Source of the DNA: a virus
Lineage: Duplodnaviria; Caudoviricetes
DNA: 58,981 bases
Strand: one strand, 5' to 3'
Virus record (IMG/VR): IMGVR_UViG_3300035670_000238
Location: 1-58,981 of that record
The position numbers were made by a program, and so were the translations under genes. Shown here one piece after another: positions 1-8,780 of this stretch (its first letter is position 1; each line of letters opens with the position of its first letter). A model generated the notes under the pieces. It ran no database searches, was not told where the DNA came from, and was given only the letters and a program-made list of their open reading frames with translations.

Positions 1-147
1 AAGGCCTGTTCGACACCGCCACTGCGACGGATGCACTGGCTAAGTCGATGGGCAAGTTATTGCCCGGAGAGACGGCTACAGCGCTGGATTCACCAGCCAA
101 GACGTTCGGTAAGTTCTTGACGTCCACTGCAACGGTTACAGACGATC
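1..147. repeat. Terminal direct repeat, left copy (circular assembly overlap)
   Basis: Identical to 58835-58981 except A21 vs G58855; 126 bp match exactly. Confidence 0.95.
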
Positions 148-362
148 TGGATGGCGAGGCAACGACTGAGGACGACCAAGAGATTCAGTTCTTCAAAGTC
201 CTGAATCACACGACCTCAGCGGCCGATACAAAGACGTTGACAGTGAGCTTGGCAAAGGCTGACACCACCAACGCATCGGATGCCGGGTCTTTGCGTAGCC
301 AGAACTACTGCGACTTCACCTACTTCGCCGAAGACTACGTCGGCCAATCACGAACCTTCTGA
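1..362 (+). CDS. 3' part of a virion structural protein that starts at 58552 and spans the junction (about 214 aa)
   Basis: The ATG at 48 is in frame with 58552 across the overlap; ~18-19-aa repeats carrying FGK; C-terminus DFTYFAEDYVG. Confidence 0.8.
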   Translation, partial: GLFDTATATDALAKSMGKLLPGETATALDSPAKTFGKFLTSTATVTDDLDGEATTEDDQEIQFFKVLNHTTSAADTKTLTVSLAKADTTNASDAGSLRSQNYCDFTYFAEDYVGQSRTF

Positions 363-371
363 GAGGGAAAC

Positions 372-830
372 ATGATCAACGATCAACTGAAATTCACAGG
401 CGAAGTCAAGCTCGTTCTTCGCGACAAAGACGGCAACGTCAAGGACACGCGCGAGGTCAAGAACCTCGTAGTCCGTACGGGCCTTGCTTTCATCGCCAGT
501 CGGATGGTGAACACCTCGAAGGCAGTCATGTCGCACATGGCTCTGGGGTCGTCCAGCACGGCAGCAAGTGCTGAGCAGACCGATCTGGTGAGTATGCTTG
601 GCTCGCGTGAGGCTCTCGATAGCACGACGATCACGGGCACCTACAACGAGAAGGTCCAGTACGTCGCCACGTTTGAGGCAGGTGATGCAACCGGCGCGGT
701 GGTTGAGGCCGGTATTTTTAACGCATCGACAGGCGGCGATATGCTATGCCGAACTGTGTTCTCAGTTGTGAATAAAGCAGCCGACGATACGCTCGCGATC
801 ACCTGGACAATCACGCTCGCCGCTGCTTAA
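372..830 (+). CDS. Conserved phage virion/tail protein
   Basis: GAGGG RBS; KNLVV...HMALG...VEAGIFNA..GGDMLCR..F.VVNK...D.L.ITWTI pattern, commonly found ahead of tail fibre genes. Confidence 0.75.
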   Translation: MINDQLKFTGEVKLVLRDKDGNVKDTREVKNLVVRTGLAFIASRMVNTSKAVMSHMALGSSSTAASAEQTDLVSMLGSREALDSTTITGTYNEKVQYVATFEAGDATGAVVEAGIFNASTGGDMLCRTVFSVVNKAADDTLAITWTITLAAA

Positions 831-859
831 TTGTTTTGACCGAGTTTTGAGGTAGTGAA

Positions 860-3800
860 ATGACTACGATTGTTACGAGAGCGGGAAAAGGATCACCTCT
901 AACGAATACAGAGGTTGACAATAATTTTACGAATCTCAACACGGATAAACTCGAACTCGGTCAGACATTCTCTTCAGGAACGGCTAATGCACTGCTGTTC
1001 CTAAACGCTTCTAAAGTAGCATCTAGCGGAACGTCTGTCGGATCTGACATGACGTTCAACGGTGTTTTGGTAGGCCGTGGTGGTGGTGCTGTGTCCACCA
1101 ACACTGCGGTGGGTGCGAGTGCGTTGGCGGCGAATACGACTGGCAATAATGGTACTGCTGTTGGATTTGACGCGCTGAAGTTGAACACGACCGGGGTAGT
1201 CAATACCGCTTTAGGCGCAAACTCGTTGGCGGCAAATACGACGGGTTCTCAAAACACCGCTGTCGGTGATGGAGCGCTTCAATCGAACACCACCGCCTCT
1301 TTCAACACTGCCGTTGGCCGTGACGCGATGGAGGCCAATACAACGGGGGCAAATAATACCGCCCTCGGTTGGCAAGCCCTCCTTTCCAACACCACCGCCT
1401 CTAGCAACACCGCTGTTGGATATCAGTCTTTGTACTCGTACACCAGTGGCTCTGGTGGCACGGTTGCTCTTGGATACCAAGCCGGTTACTCAACAAATGC
1501 TGCTTATGGGACGTTTATTGGGCAGACTGCCGGATATTCGTCTACGGGCGCAAATAATACGCATGTTGGTTTCCAAGCGGGTTACTACACCACAACTGGA
1601 ACCAACAACACCTCGCTCGGATGGTCTGCGTTGCAAAGCGGAGCATCTGGATCTACTGGCGCATCGAATACCGCTATTGGTTCTCAAGCCCTCTACTCCA
1701 ACACCACCGCCTCCAACAACACGGCTGTTGGCTACCAAGCAGGGTATGCAAACGTAACAGGAGGGGTTAATTCATTTTTTGGTAGGCTTGCCGGTTTTTC
1801 GAATACAGCTAGTGGAAACAACTTTTTTGGTAGCTATGTTGGTTACGCAAATACTAGCGGCACTGAGAATGTAGCTTTTGGCGGCTCAAGTGCAAGCGGT
1901 TCTGCTTTGCAAGCTAATACGACAGGTTCTTACAATACCGCAATCGGTAATGCTGCTCTTCAAGCCAACACTACCGCCTCCAACAACACCGCTGTGGGGT
2001 ATCAGGCGGGGTATAGTAATCAAACTGGCGCGCAAAACACCTTTATTGGTCGCGGCGCTGGCTACAAGGTAACTGTTAGCGAAAACGTGCTGATTGGCGA
2101 TGTTGCCGGTTACAACGTCACGACTGGTGTTCAGAATACGGCTGTTGGCATTGCGGCACTTGGCTATAACTCATCTACAGGGGTTACAACCGGAAGCGGC
2201 AATATTGCGCTTGGTCAATATTCTTTGACGGCACTTCAAAGCGGTGCTAGTAATACTGCGCTTGGTTACGATGCACTCCGCTCCAACACCACCGCCTCCA
2301 ACAACACTGCTGTTGGTTATCAGGCCGCGTATACAGTCTCTGCAAATAACGGCGTTACCGCAATTGGATACCGAGCTGCTTATGCTAACACTTCCGGCAA
2401 TATTACGGCGGTTGGTTCTAATGCTTTGTTGGCTAATACTTCCGGCATTTCAAACACGGCAGTTGGTGTTAATGCGCTTCTTGCCAATACGACAGGTTCC
2501 CGTAATGTTGCGCTAGGCTTATCTGCACTAGAAGCTAATACTACCGGCTCCGATAATGTGGCTATCGGTGGTAATGATGCGCTAGCAGCAAACACGACGG
2601 GTGTAGCAAATGTAGCTATCGGTCAACAGGCCCTTAAAGCCAATACTACAGGATATTACAATGTAGCTATTGGCTCTTATTACGATTCGGGTGGCACATC
2701 GGCTCTTTTTAGTAATACTACAGGGACGACAAATATTGCCGTAGGGTCTGCGGCAATGAGGGACAATACTACGGGTAGTGAAAATGTAGCGATTGGTTAC
2801 GCCGCACTACGCCTTAATACTACGGCAGGGAGAAACAGTGCGTTCGGGACATCTGCGTTAGAAAACAACACGACGGGTTCATACAACACCGCTGTTGGTT
2901 ACTACGCACTCAACTCCAACACCGCCGCCTCCAACAACACTGCTGTTGGTTATCAGGCTGGGTATAGCAATACGACAGGCACAGGCAATACATTTTTAGG
3001 CTATCAAGCCGGTTATGGGGTAACGACAAGTAACGGACAGGTGTTTATTGGTCAAGGTGCGGGCGCGGCAAAAACAACAGGAGGCAATAATACTTTTGTT
3101 GGGACAAGTGCGGGTGGATCAGCAACTACCGGTACCGGCAACACATTTGTCGGTGTAAACGACAGCACCAATGGTGCCGGATACGCAGTAACCACCGGCT
3201 CCAAAAACACCATCCTCGGCGGCTACACCGGCAACCAAGGCGGCCTCGACATCCGCACTCTCAGCAACTACATCGTGCTGTCGGATGGGGATGGGAATCC
3301 GAGGCTGATTGGGGATGCGGCAGGCAATTTCGGCGTGGGGATATCACCCAGTCCGTGGAATTCGGTAATGAGGGCCATTCAGCTTGGCTCTGGAGGATCT
3401 CTTTTTAACTGGACTGGAAGCTCCGCCACAATTAGTTTGGGCGCTAATGTATACGATGTTGGTAGTGGTGTTCAGCGGTATGTACTTACAGCAGGAGCAG
3501 CGACGTTTGATGTAAACAACGGTTCTTTTGGTTGGCGTATTGCTGGTTCCGGCACGGCTGGAACAAACATCTCCTTTACCGATGCAATGGTTCTGGATGT
3601 TAATAAGAATTTGTTGACTGGTGGGAAAACATCCGCTACGGCAAACGGTGGCGATGTTCAAGTCTCCAAGGGCATCACATTCCCCGCCACCCAGAGTGCA
3701 TCGTCCGACGCCAACACGCTGGATGATTACGAGCGTGGGAGCTGGACGCCGACCTACTATGGCTCAACATCGGCAGGAACTACAACCTATACGGGCCAGA

Positions 3801-4102
3801 TTGGGGAATATGTAAAAATTGGTCGCCTAGTTACTGTAAGTTTTACTTTGGGGGTTTCTAACGCCACTGGGACAGGCGACATTCGGATTGGTGGTTTGCC
3901 GTTTACTTCAAATAGCATTCTTGGCACTGTTGGATCTGTTATGGCAGATAGTCTTACATGGTCAGGGGATTATCTTTCGTCCTATGTTGATGGTGGTGGA
4001 ACGGTTATTCGTATATACAGAACCACAGCAAACGCTGGTATAAATGACACTGCAATTGATACATCTTGCACTCTGTACGGAACAATTACTTATCAAGTAT
4101 GA
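860..4102 (+). CDS. Long tail fibre with 14-aa NTAVG beta-solenoid repeats
   Basis: N-terminus TIVTRAGKGSPLTNTEVDNNFTNLN; dozens of NTAVG..AL..NTTG repeats; C-terminal LDDYE.G.WTP...YVKIGRLV...GLPF tip domain. Confidence 0.9.
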   Translation: MTTIVTRAGKGSPLTNTEVDNNFTNLNTDKLELGQTFSSGTANALLFLNASKVASSGTSVGSDMTFNGVLVGRGGGAVSTNTAVGASALAANTTGNNGTAVGFDALKLNTTGVVNTALGANSLAANTTGSQNTAVGDGALQSNTTASFNTAVGRDAMEANTTGANNTALGWQALLSNTTASSNTAVGYQSLYSYTSGSGGTVALGYQAGYSTNAAYGTFIGQTAGYSSTGANNTHVGFQAGYYTTTGTNNTSLGWSALQSGASGSTGASNTAIGSQALYSNTTASNNTAVGYQAGYANVTGGVNSFFGRLAGFSNTASGNNFFGSYVGYANTSGTENVAFGGSSASGSALQANTTGSYNTAIGNAALQANTTASNNTAVGYQAGYSNQTGAQNTFIGRGAGYKVTVSENVLIGDVAGYNVTTGVQNTAVGIAALGYNSSTGVTTGSGNIALGQYSLTALQSGASNTALGYDALRSNTTASNNTAVGYQAAYTVSANNGVTAIGYRAAYANTSGNITAVGSNALLANTSGISNTAVGVNALLANTTGSRNVALGLSALEANTTGSDNVAIGGNDALAANTTGVANVAIGQQALKANTTGYYNVAIGSYYDSGGTSALFSNTTGTTNIAVGSAAMRDNTTGSENVAIGYAALRLNTTAGRNSAFGTSALENNTTGSYNTAVGYYALNSNTAASNNTAVGYQAGYSNTTGTGNTFLGYQAGYGVTTSNGQVFIGQGAGAAKTTGGNNTFVGTSAGGSATTGTGNTFVGVNDSTNGAGYAVTTGSKNTILGGYTGNQGGLDIRTLSNYIVLSDGDGNPRLIGDAAGNFGVGISPSPWNSVMRAIQLGSGGSLFNWTGSSATISLGANVYDVGSGVQRYVLTAGAATFDVNNGSFGWRIAGSGTAGTNISFTDAMVLDVNKNLLTGGKTSATANGGDVQVSKGITFPATQSASSDANTLDDYERGSWTPTYYGSTSAGTTTYTGQIGEYVKIGRLVTVSFTLGVSNATGTGDIRIGGLPFTSNSILGTVGSVMADSLTWSGDYLSSYVDGGGTVIRIYRTTANAGINDTAIDTSCTLYGTITYQV

Positions 4103-4596
4103 AAACCTGTCCCCACTGCCAGCAAGAAAAGCCTTTAGACCAGTTTTACAAACGGTCTGATCGTGATTCATACCATTCGTGGTGCAAATCCTGCAAGCAC
4201 GAGTCAGGCAAGCGTTGGGTTGCAAAAAACAAAGACCGGCACGGCGAACTGACTCGTTCTTGGTACGCCAAAAACCGTGAGCAACACCTTGCGAATTCAA
4301 AGGCGTACTACGAGGCAAACAAGGAGAACTACCTTGAATACTTCTACGCAAGGCAGGAACGAACCAAACGGGCAACGCCACCTTGGGTAGATCGCAAGGA
4401 GATTCGGGCCTTCTACGCTGAAGCACAGCGCCTAAGCGCAGAGACAGGCGTTCAGTATGATGTTGATCATATCGTGCCGTTAAGAGGCAAAACAGTCTGC
4501 GGTCTTCATGTGCCGTGGAATCTTCAAGTAATACCGTCGAGCGACAACAAACGCAAGGCGGCTAAGTTGACGGAGGTTATTCGTGGCACAGTTTGA
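4099..4596 (+). CDS. Free-standing HNH homing endonuclease with N-terminal Cys zinc finger
   Basis: ATGA overlap with the fibre stop; KTCPHC...CKSC and VDHIVPL...CGLHVPWNLQ...N motifs. Confidence 0.9.
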   Translation: MKTCPHCQQEKPLDQFYKRSDRDSYHSWCKSCKHESGKRWVAKNKDRHGELTRSWYAKNREQHLANSKAYYEANKENYLEYFYARQERTKRATPPWVDRKEIRAFYAEAQRLSAETGVQYDVDHIVPLRGKTVCGLHVPWNLQVIPSSDNKRKAAKLTEVIRGTV

Positions 4597-4843
4597 AGAA
4601 GTAACCCGCATCAGCGAGTTCAACATCCAGCCCAACGGCTGCATCGGAGTCCGCAAAACCACCGATGTCCTGAAGGACGGTGTTGTCATCTCGTCAACCT
4701 ACTGGCGTTGCGTCCTTGCGCCCAACGACCCGCAGGCTGCTACGGTTCTTGACGAGCCGTACTACCTCAACATCGCCAACTACGCTTGGAGCCAGCCGTC
4801 GCCCCAGCCGTATGATCCCAATCCCCCAACCCCCGGAGTATGA
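4583..4843 (+). CDS. Small tail-fibre-associated protein (chaperone-like)
   Basis: GTG start with GGAGG RBS; NG.I.VR..T....DGV.IS..YWR.VL.P pattern typical after such fibres. Confidence 0.7.
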   Translation: MAQFEEVTRISEFNIQPNGCIGVRKTTDVLKDGVVISSTYWRCVLAPNDPQAATVLDEPYYLNIANYAWSQPSPQPYDPNPPTPGV

Positions 4844-5076
4844 CCATGACCGACATCATCGACACCCCCTCCGCCGAAGAGATCGCGCGCCACTACAGCG
4901 CCGCCATGGACTCGGTAAACCTCCTGAACGCTGGCAAGCCCGAAGGCATGACCGATGCCGACTGGGCAGACTGTGTGGCCCGGAACGTCGCTCACCTTGA
5001 GATCATGGTTGCAAAACCGTGGATGTCCGGGCAAGATTTGTCTCCGCTGCAAGATGCAATCGCAGCGAACTCGTAA
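4840..5076 (+). CDS. Hypothetical phage protein
   Basis: ATGA coupling, GGAG RBS; EEIARHYSAAMDSVNLLN...RNVAHLEIM. Confidence 0.75.
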   Translation: MTMTDIIDTPSAEEIARHYSAAMDSVNLLNAGKPEGMTDADWADCVARNVAHLEIMVAKPWMSGQDLSPLQDAIAANS

Positions 5077-5097
5077 ACCCACAAAAGGACCACTCAC

Positions 5098-5271
5098 ATG
5101 AACGAAGTCAACATCTCCCTGACCGTAGACGAACTGAACGGCGTGCTGGCTGCGCTGGGCAAGTTGCCTCTTGAGGCTGTGATCGGACTCTTCTCCAAGA
5201 TCCGCGCGCAGGCTGAAACACAACTGGCTCAAGCCCAACCTCAGCCCGAGCCGCAACCTCAAGCTGAGTAA
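5098..5271 (+). CDS. Hypothetical 57-aa protein (not in ORF track)
   Basis: AAGGA RBS; MNEVNISLTVDELNGVLAALGKLP...KIRAQAETQL; fills the gap between neighbours. Confidence 0.75.
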   Translation: MNEVNISLTVDELNGVLAALGKLPLEAVIGLFSKIRAQAETQLAQAQPQPEPQPQAE

Positions 5272-5273
5272 TC

Positions 5274-5762
5274 ATGATTGAAGTCGCCGTCGTACTCGCC
5301 ACTGCGCAAGCTGCCGTCGCAGGTATCAAGCAAGCGATTCAAGTCGGTCGCGAAGCGCACGAGTGCCTCGGCGATTTCATGAGGTTGTTCGATGCGCAAG
5401 ACCAATTACACAGAGCATCGTTAGAAGAAAAAGCAAAGCAGAAGCCCGCCGAGCAACAACAATCGGCAATGTCCGAGGCTCTTGAGACCGTCATCGCGGC
5501 CAAGAAGGTCCGTGAGATGATGCAGGAATTGCGGCAGTTCCTCATCTGGTCGGGTCAAGCCGATGTTTGGGATGACATCCAGCGCGAGCACAACGCAGTC
5601 GTGCAGAAGCGTAAAGCCGCTGAACTGGCCGCTCAGCGAGAGCGCGAGCGACTGGCCAAGCAAAAGAAGGAAAGAGCATTGATCGCTGTCGTGGTCGGTA
5701 CCGGCGGCATCATCCTCTTCCATCTCGTCAACTACATCATCGACGCATGGCCTGGACGGTGA
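5274..5762 (+). CDS. Coiled-coil protein with C-terminal transmembrane helix (lysis region)
   Basis: Helical N-terminus; C-terminal ALIAVVVGTGGIILFHLV. Confidence 0.75.
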   Translation: MIEVAVVLATAQAAVAGIKQAIQVGREAHECLGDFMRLFDAQDQLHRASLEEKAKQKPAEQQQSAMSEALETVIAAKKVREMMQELRQFLIWSGQADVWDDIQREHNAVVQKRKAAELAAQRERERLAKQKKERALIAVVVGTGGIILFHLVNYIIDAWPGR

Positions 5763-5830
5763 AGTTTCTGGTCGCGGTCATCGCGGTCATCGTGGTGCTG
5801 ATGTTCGTATTGGCAGGGGTCTCAACATGA
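5759..5830 (+). CDS. Putative 23-aa membrane peptide
   Basis: GTGA and ATGA overlaps with both neighbours; MKFLVAVIAVIVVLMFVLAGVST. Confidence 0.45.
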   Translation: MKFLVAVIAVIVVLMFVLAGVST

Positions 5831-6117
5831 AGATGAGCACAGAGGAGGTCGAGGTTAGGGTGTGGGCAATTATTGCTCTATCACTAACCGGCATCCTCGT
5901 TGCCAGTGTTGTTGGCATCATCCTTGGTGTCTTGTTCGTCGAACACGACATGGACAAGATCTCGCCGATCGACACTCAGTTCATGGCGATCCTGAAAGAC
6001 ATCATGCTGCTCTGCATTGGCGCTGTCGGTGGAATCGTCGGGCGCAAGGGGGCGTATGCCGCAGCCAACATAATCAACAAGGAGAAAGACGATGCTGCCA
6101 CTCGGACCCCTTCTTGA
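5827..6117 (+). CDS. Two-TM membrane protein (holin-like)
   Basis: Two hydrophobic helices; lies in the lysis cluster. Confidence 0.65.
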   Translation: MKMSTEEVEVRVWAIIALSLTGILVASVVGIILGVLFVEHDMDKISPIDTQFMAILKDIMLLCIGAVGGIVGRKGAYAAANIINKEKDDAATRTPS

Positions 6118-6502
6118 AGTTGGCTCGAAAATCTTAGACCGTGTGCTACCGGACCAAGCCGCAGCAGACAAGGCAAAAGCAGAACTTGCAAAACTCCATC
6201 AGGACGGTGAACTCGCAAAGCTTGCAAACGAAACCAAACTTTTTGAGATCGAGCAGAACAATCTCACCGATCGTCTTAAGGCTGACATGGCCAGCGATAG
6301 CTGGCTGTCAAAGAACATCCGCCCGATGACGCTGATCGCAATTCTGCTCGGCTATTTTACGTTCGCCATGATGTCGGCATTCGACAAGAATACCAACCAA
6401 GCCTATGTTGAGTTGCTGGGGCAATGGGGTATGTTGATCATGTCGTTCTACTTCGGCGGTCGCACACTGGAAAAAATCATCGATATGAAGGCTAAGAAAT
6501 GA
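6092..6502 (+). CDS. Holin (GTA 3TM-holin-like)
   Basis: D..SDSWLSKNIRP and FYFGGRTLEK signature; directly upstream of the endolysin. Confidence 0.85.
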   Translation: MLPLGPLLEVGSKILDRVLPDQAAADKAKAELAKLHQDGELAKLANETKLFEIEQNNLTDRLKADMASDSWLSKNIRPMTLIAILLGYFTFAMMSAFDKNTNQAYVELLGQWGMLIMSFYFGGRTLEKIIDMKAKK

Positions 6503-7161
6503 TCATCACGCTCGAACAACTACGTGCCGCTACTGGAGCCAACGAGGCAAACGCATCCAAGTACCTTGCGCCGCTAAACGATGCTATGGGGCTGTACAAC
6601 ATCGACGATCCGTTGGTGGTTGCAGGGTTCTTGAGTCAGGTCGGTCATGAGTCCGGTGCGCTGTCTACCGTAGTTGAGAACCTCAACTACCGGGTCGAGG
6701 CGTTGCTCTCCCTCTTCTCTCGCCAACGAATCAGCGAAGACGACGCTCGGACCTTTGGCCGTAACGACGCCATCAAGCAGCCCGCCGATCAAGAGACGAT
6801 TGCCAACATCATCTACGGCGGTACGTGGGGTGCCAAGAACCTCGGCAACCTTGACTATGGCGATGGCTGGAAATACCGTGGGCGCGGTCTCAAACAACTG
6901 ACCGGCAAGTACAATTACAAGCAGTGTGGGGACGCACTCGGGATCAATCTTGTCGATGACCCGGATCAACTTGCGCAACCAATTGCGGCGGCGTTGTCTG
7001 CTGCGTGGTTCTGGGTTTCGCGCCGACCGAATGGTATCGAGGATGCTGCAAAAGCTCGCGATGTCGGTAAAATGACGAAGTTGATCAACGGTGGCGATAT
7101 CGGTCTGGCGCAGCGCACGGATCTCTTCGCCAAAGCCCTAGAGGCCTTTGAGGTGGCGTAA
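6499..7161 (+). CDS. Endolysin, glycoside hydrolase family 19
   Basis: FLSQVGHESG, ENLNY, DGWKYRGRGLKQLTGKYNY, INGG motifs. Confidence 0.92.
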   Translation: MIITLEQLRAATGANEANASKYLAPLNDAMGLYNIDDPLVVAGFLSQVGHESGALSTVVENLNYRVEALLSLFSRQRISEDDARTFGRNDAIKQPADQETIANIIYGGTWGAKNLGNLDYGDGWKYRGRGLKQLTGKYNYKQCGDALGINLVDDPDQLAQPIAAALSAAWFWVSRRPNGIEDAAKARDVGKMTKLINGGDIGLAQRTDLFAKALEAFEVA

Positions 7162-8780
7162 TGACAGCGATAGCGATCAAGTCGTTCGATGGCATTGCTC
7201 CCAAGATCCCGGCGCGGTATCTGCCTGACACCGGGGCGCAGACTGCGCTTAATGCGAACGTCTTCAATGGATCGCTGCAACCGCTTGCCAACGTAGGCTC
7301 TTCCGTTACTACGCTCACGAAGGTCGGCACCCCGCTTACCCTGTACCGCTTCGGCCAAGACATCGTCTCCGACACGCAGTATTGGTTCCACTGGACAACC
7401 GATGTTGATGTGGTGCGCGGACAGATCGCGGGCGACACCTCTGAGTGGACGTACTACACCGACGGAGTGCAGCCAAAAGCCACCTACGCTTCGATTGCGA
7501 CCTCGGGGTCTGATTACCCCACCAACTCCATCCCGTTAGGCCTTCCTGCGCCTGCTACGGCCCCCGTAGCGACCGCTGGTGCATTGCCGCCCAGCACAAA
7601 CGCCGTTCAGGAAACCCGTGTCTATGCGTTCACGTACGTCAACAAAGTTTCGGGTATTGAAGTTGAGTCGGCACCCTCTCCGGCCTCTTCTGAGGTCACG
7701 GTCTATCCGACTCAGTCTGTCACGGTGGGCACTTTTGCTTCGGTCCCCGCAGGTTACACTGCTACACACCGTAGGATTTACCGGTCGACGGCGGGTACTT
7801 ATCTGTTTGTCGCCGAGATCGCGATTGCTACAACGTCGTACGTCGACTCTGTTCTTGCTGAAGATCTCGGCGAGGAACTTCCTTCTCTGACGTGGTCCAC
7901 ACCGCCTGACACGTTGGTGGGGCTTACGAACCTGCCGAACGGCATGATGGCTGGGTTCAAGGGACGTGATGTCTACTTCTGCGTGCCCTACCGCCCGTTC
8001 GCGTGGCCAGTGCAGTACATCCAGTCGCTCGACTACCCCGTCGTGGGTCTTGGGCGTATGGACACGACGCTAGCGGTGCTGACCAAGGGTGTACCGTACC
8101 TGATCCAAGGCGCGTCGCCTGACGCGATGGTTGTGGTCAAGTCGAATCTGGAGCAGGCCTGCGCTTCCAAGCGCAGCATTGTGAGCTTTAATGGCGCTGT
8201 GTTGTATGCGAGCCCAGATGGGCTGGTGATGCTGTCTCCGGGTAACTCCAGAGTGATCACCGAACAGATGTTCACACGGGCGCAGTGGCAGTCGCAGATC
8301 CTGCCGACATCGATCCATGCGTACTCGCATGACATGAAGTACATCGCGTTCTATAACAACGGATCGACCTCGGGTGGGTTTGTCTACGATCTTTCTACGG
8401 GCAAGTTCACGCTCAACGATACCTACGCTACAGCGGCCTACGCCGATCTTCAGAATGACAAGCTGTTCTTGACCTTTGCCGATCGTTCGGTGAAAGTCTG
8501 GCTCGCAGGCAGCGCGCGTACTGCGACGTGGAAGTCGAAGAAGTTCACCCTGCCTCGGTTTATGGGGTTTGCAGCGGCCAAGGTTGAGGCTGAGTCCTAC
8601 AACCTGACTGCGAAGTTCTACGCTGATGGGGTGCTCATCCACACCCAGACGGTGACAAGTCGCGAGCCGTTCCGCCTGCCGCCCGTACAAGGGCGTGATT
8701 GGGAGATTCAGATCGAGACTGCGGTCGAGGTCTTCTCGGTGTCGATGGCTGAGGCTGTGGAAGAGCTGAAGAATGTCTAA
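7161..8780 (+). CDS. Tail tube/nozzle (stabilisation) protein
   Basis: 539 aa beta-propeller-like; F.G.APKI..RYLP N-terminus, PYRP.AWP, YASPDGLV, WKSK.F motifs. Confidence 0.7.
   Translation: MTAIAIKSFDGIAPKIPARYLPDTGAQTALNANVFNGSLQPLANVGSSVTTLTKVGTPLTLYRFGQDIVSDTQYWFHWTTDVDVVRGQIAGDTSEWTYYTDGVQPKATYASIATSGSDYPTNSIPLGLPAPATAPVATAGALPPSTNAVQETRVYAFTYVNKVSGIEVESAPSPASSEVTVYPTQSVTVGTFASVPAGYTATHRRIYRSTAGTYLFVAEIAIATTSYVDSVLAEDLGEELPSLTWSTPPDTLVGLTNLPNGMMAGFKGRDVYFCVPYRPFAWPVQYIQSLDYPVVGLGRMDTTLAVLTKGVPYLIQGASPDAMVVVKSNLEQACASKRSIVSFNGAVLYASPDGLVMLSPGNSRVITEQMFTRAQWQSQILPTSIHAYSHDMKYIAFYNNGSTSGGFVYDLSTGKFTLNDTYATAAYADLQNDKLFLTFADRSVKVWLAGSARTATWKSKKFTLPRFMGFAAAKVEAESYNLTAKFYADGVLIHTQTVTSREPFRLPPVQGRDWEIQIETAVEVFSVSMAEAVEELKNV

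Noticed and set aside
1-147. Biological direct terminal repeat
   Set aside because: It falls mid-gene in the structural module and its size fits an assembler overlap; true ends are more plausibly near 45-47.4 kb.
4066-4600. Intron around the HNH gene
   Set aside because: Both flanking genes look complete, and there is no non-coding space or P/Q/R/S motif.
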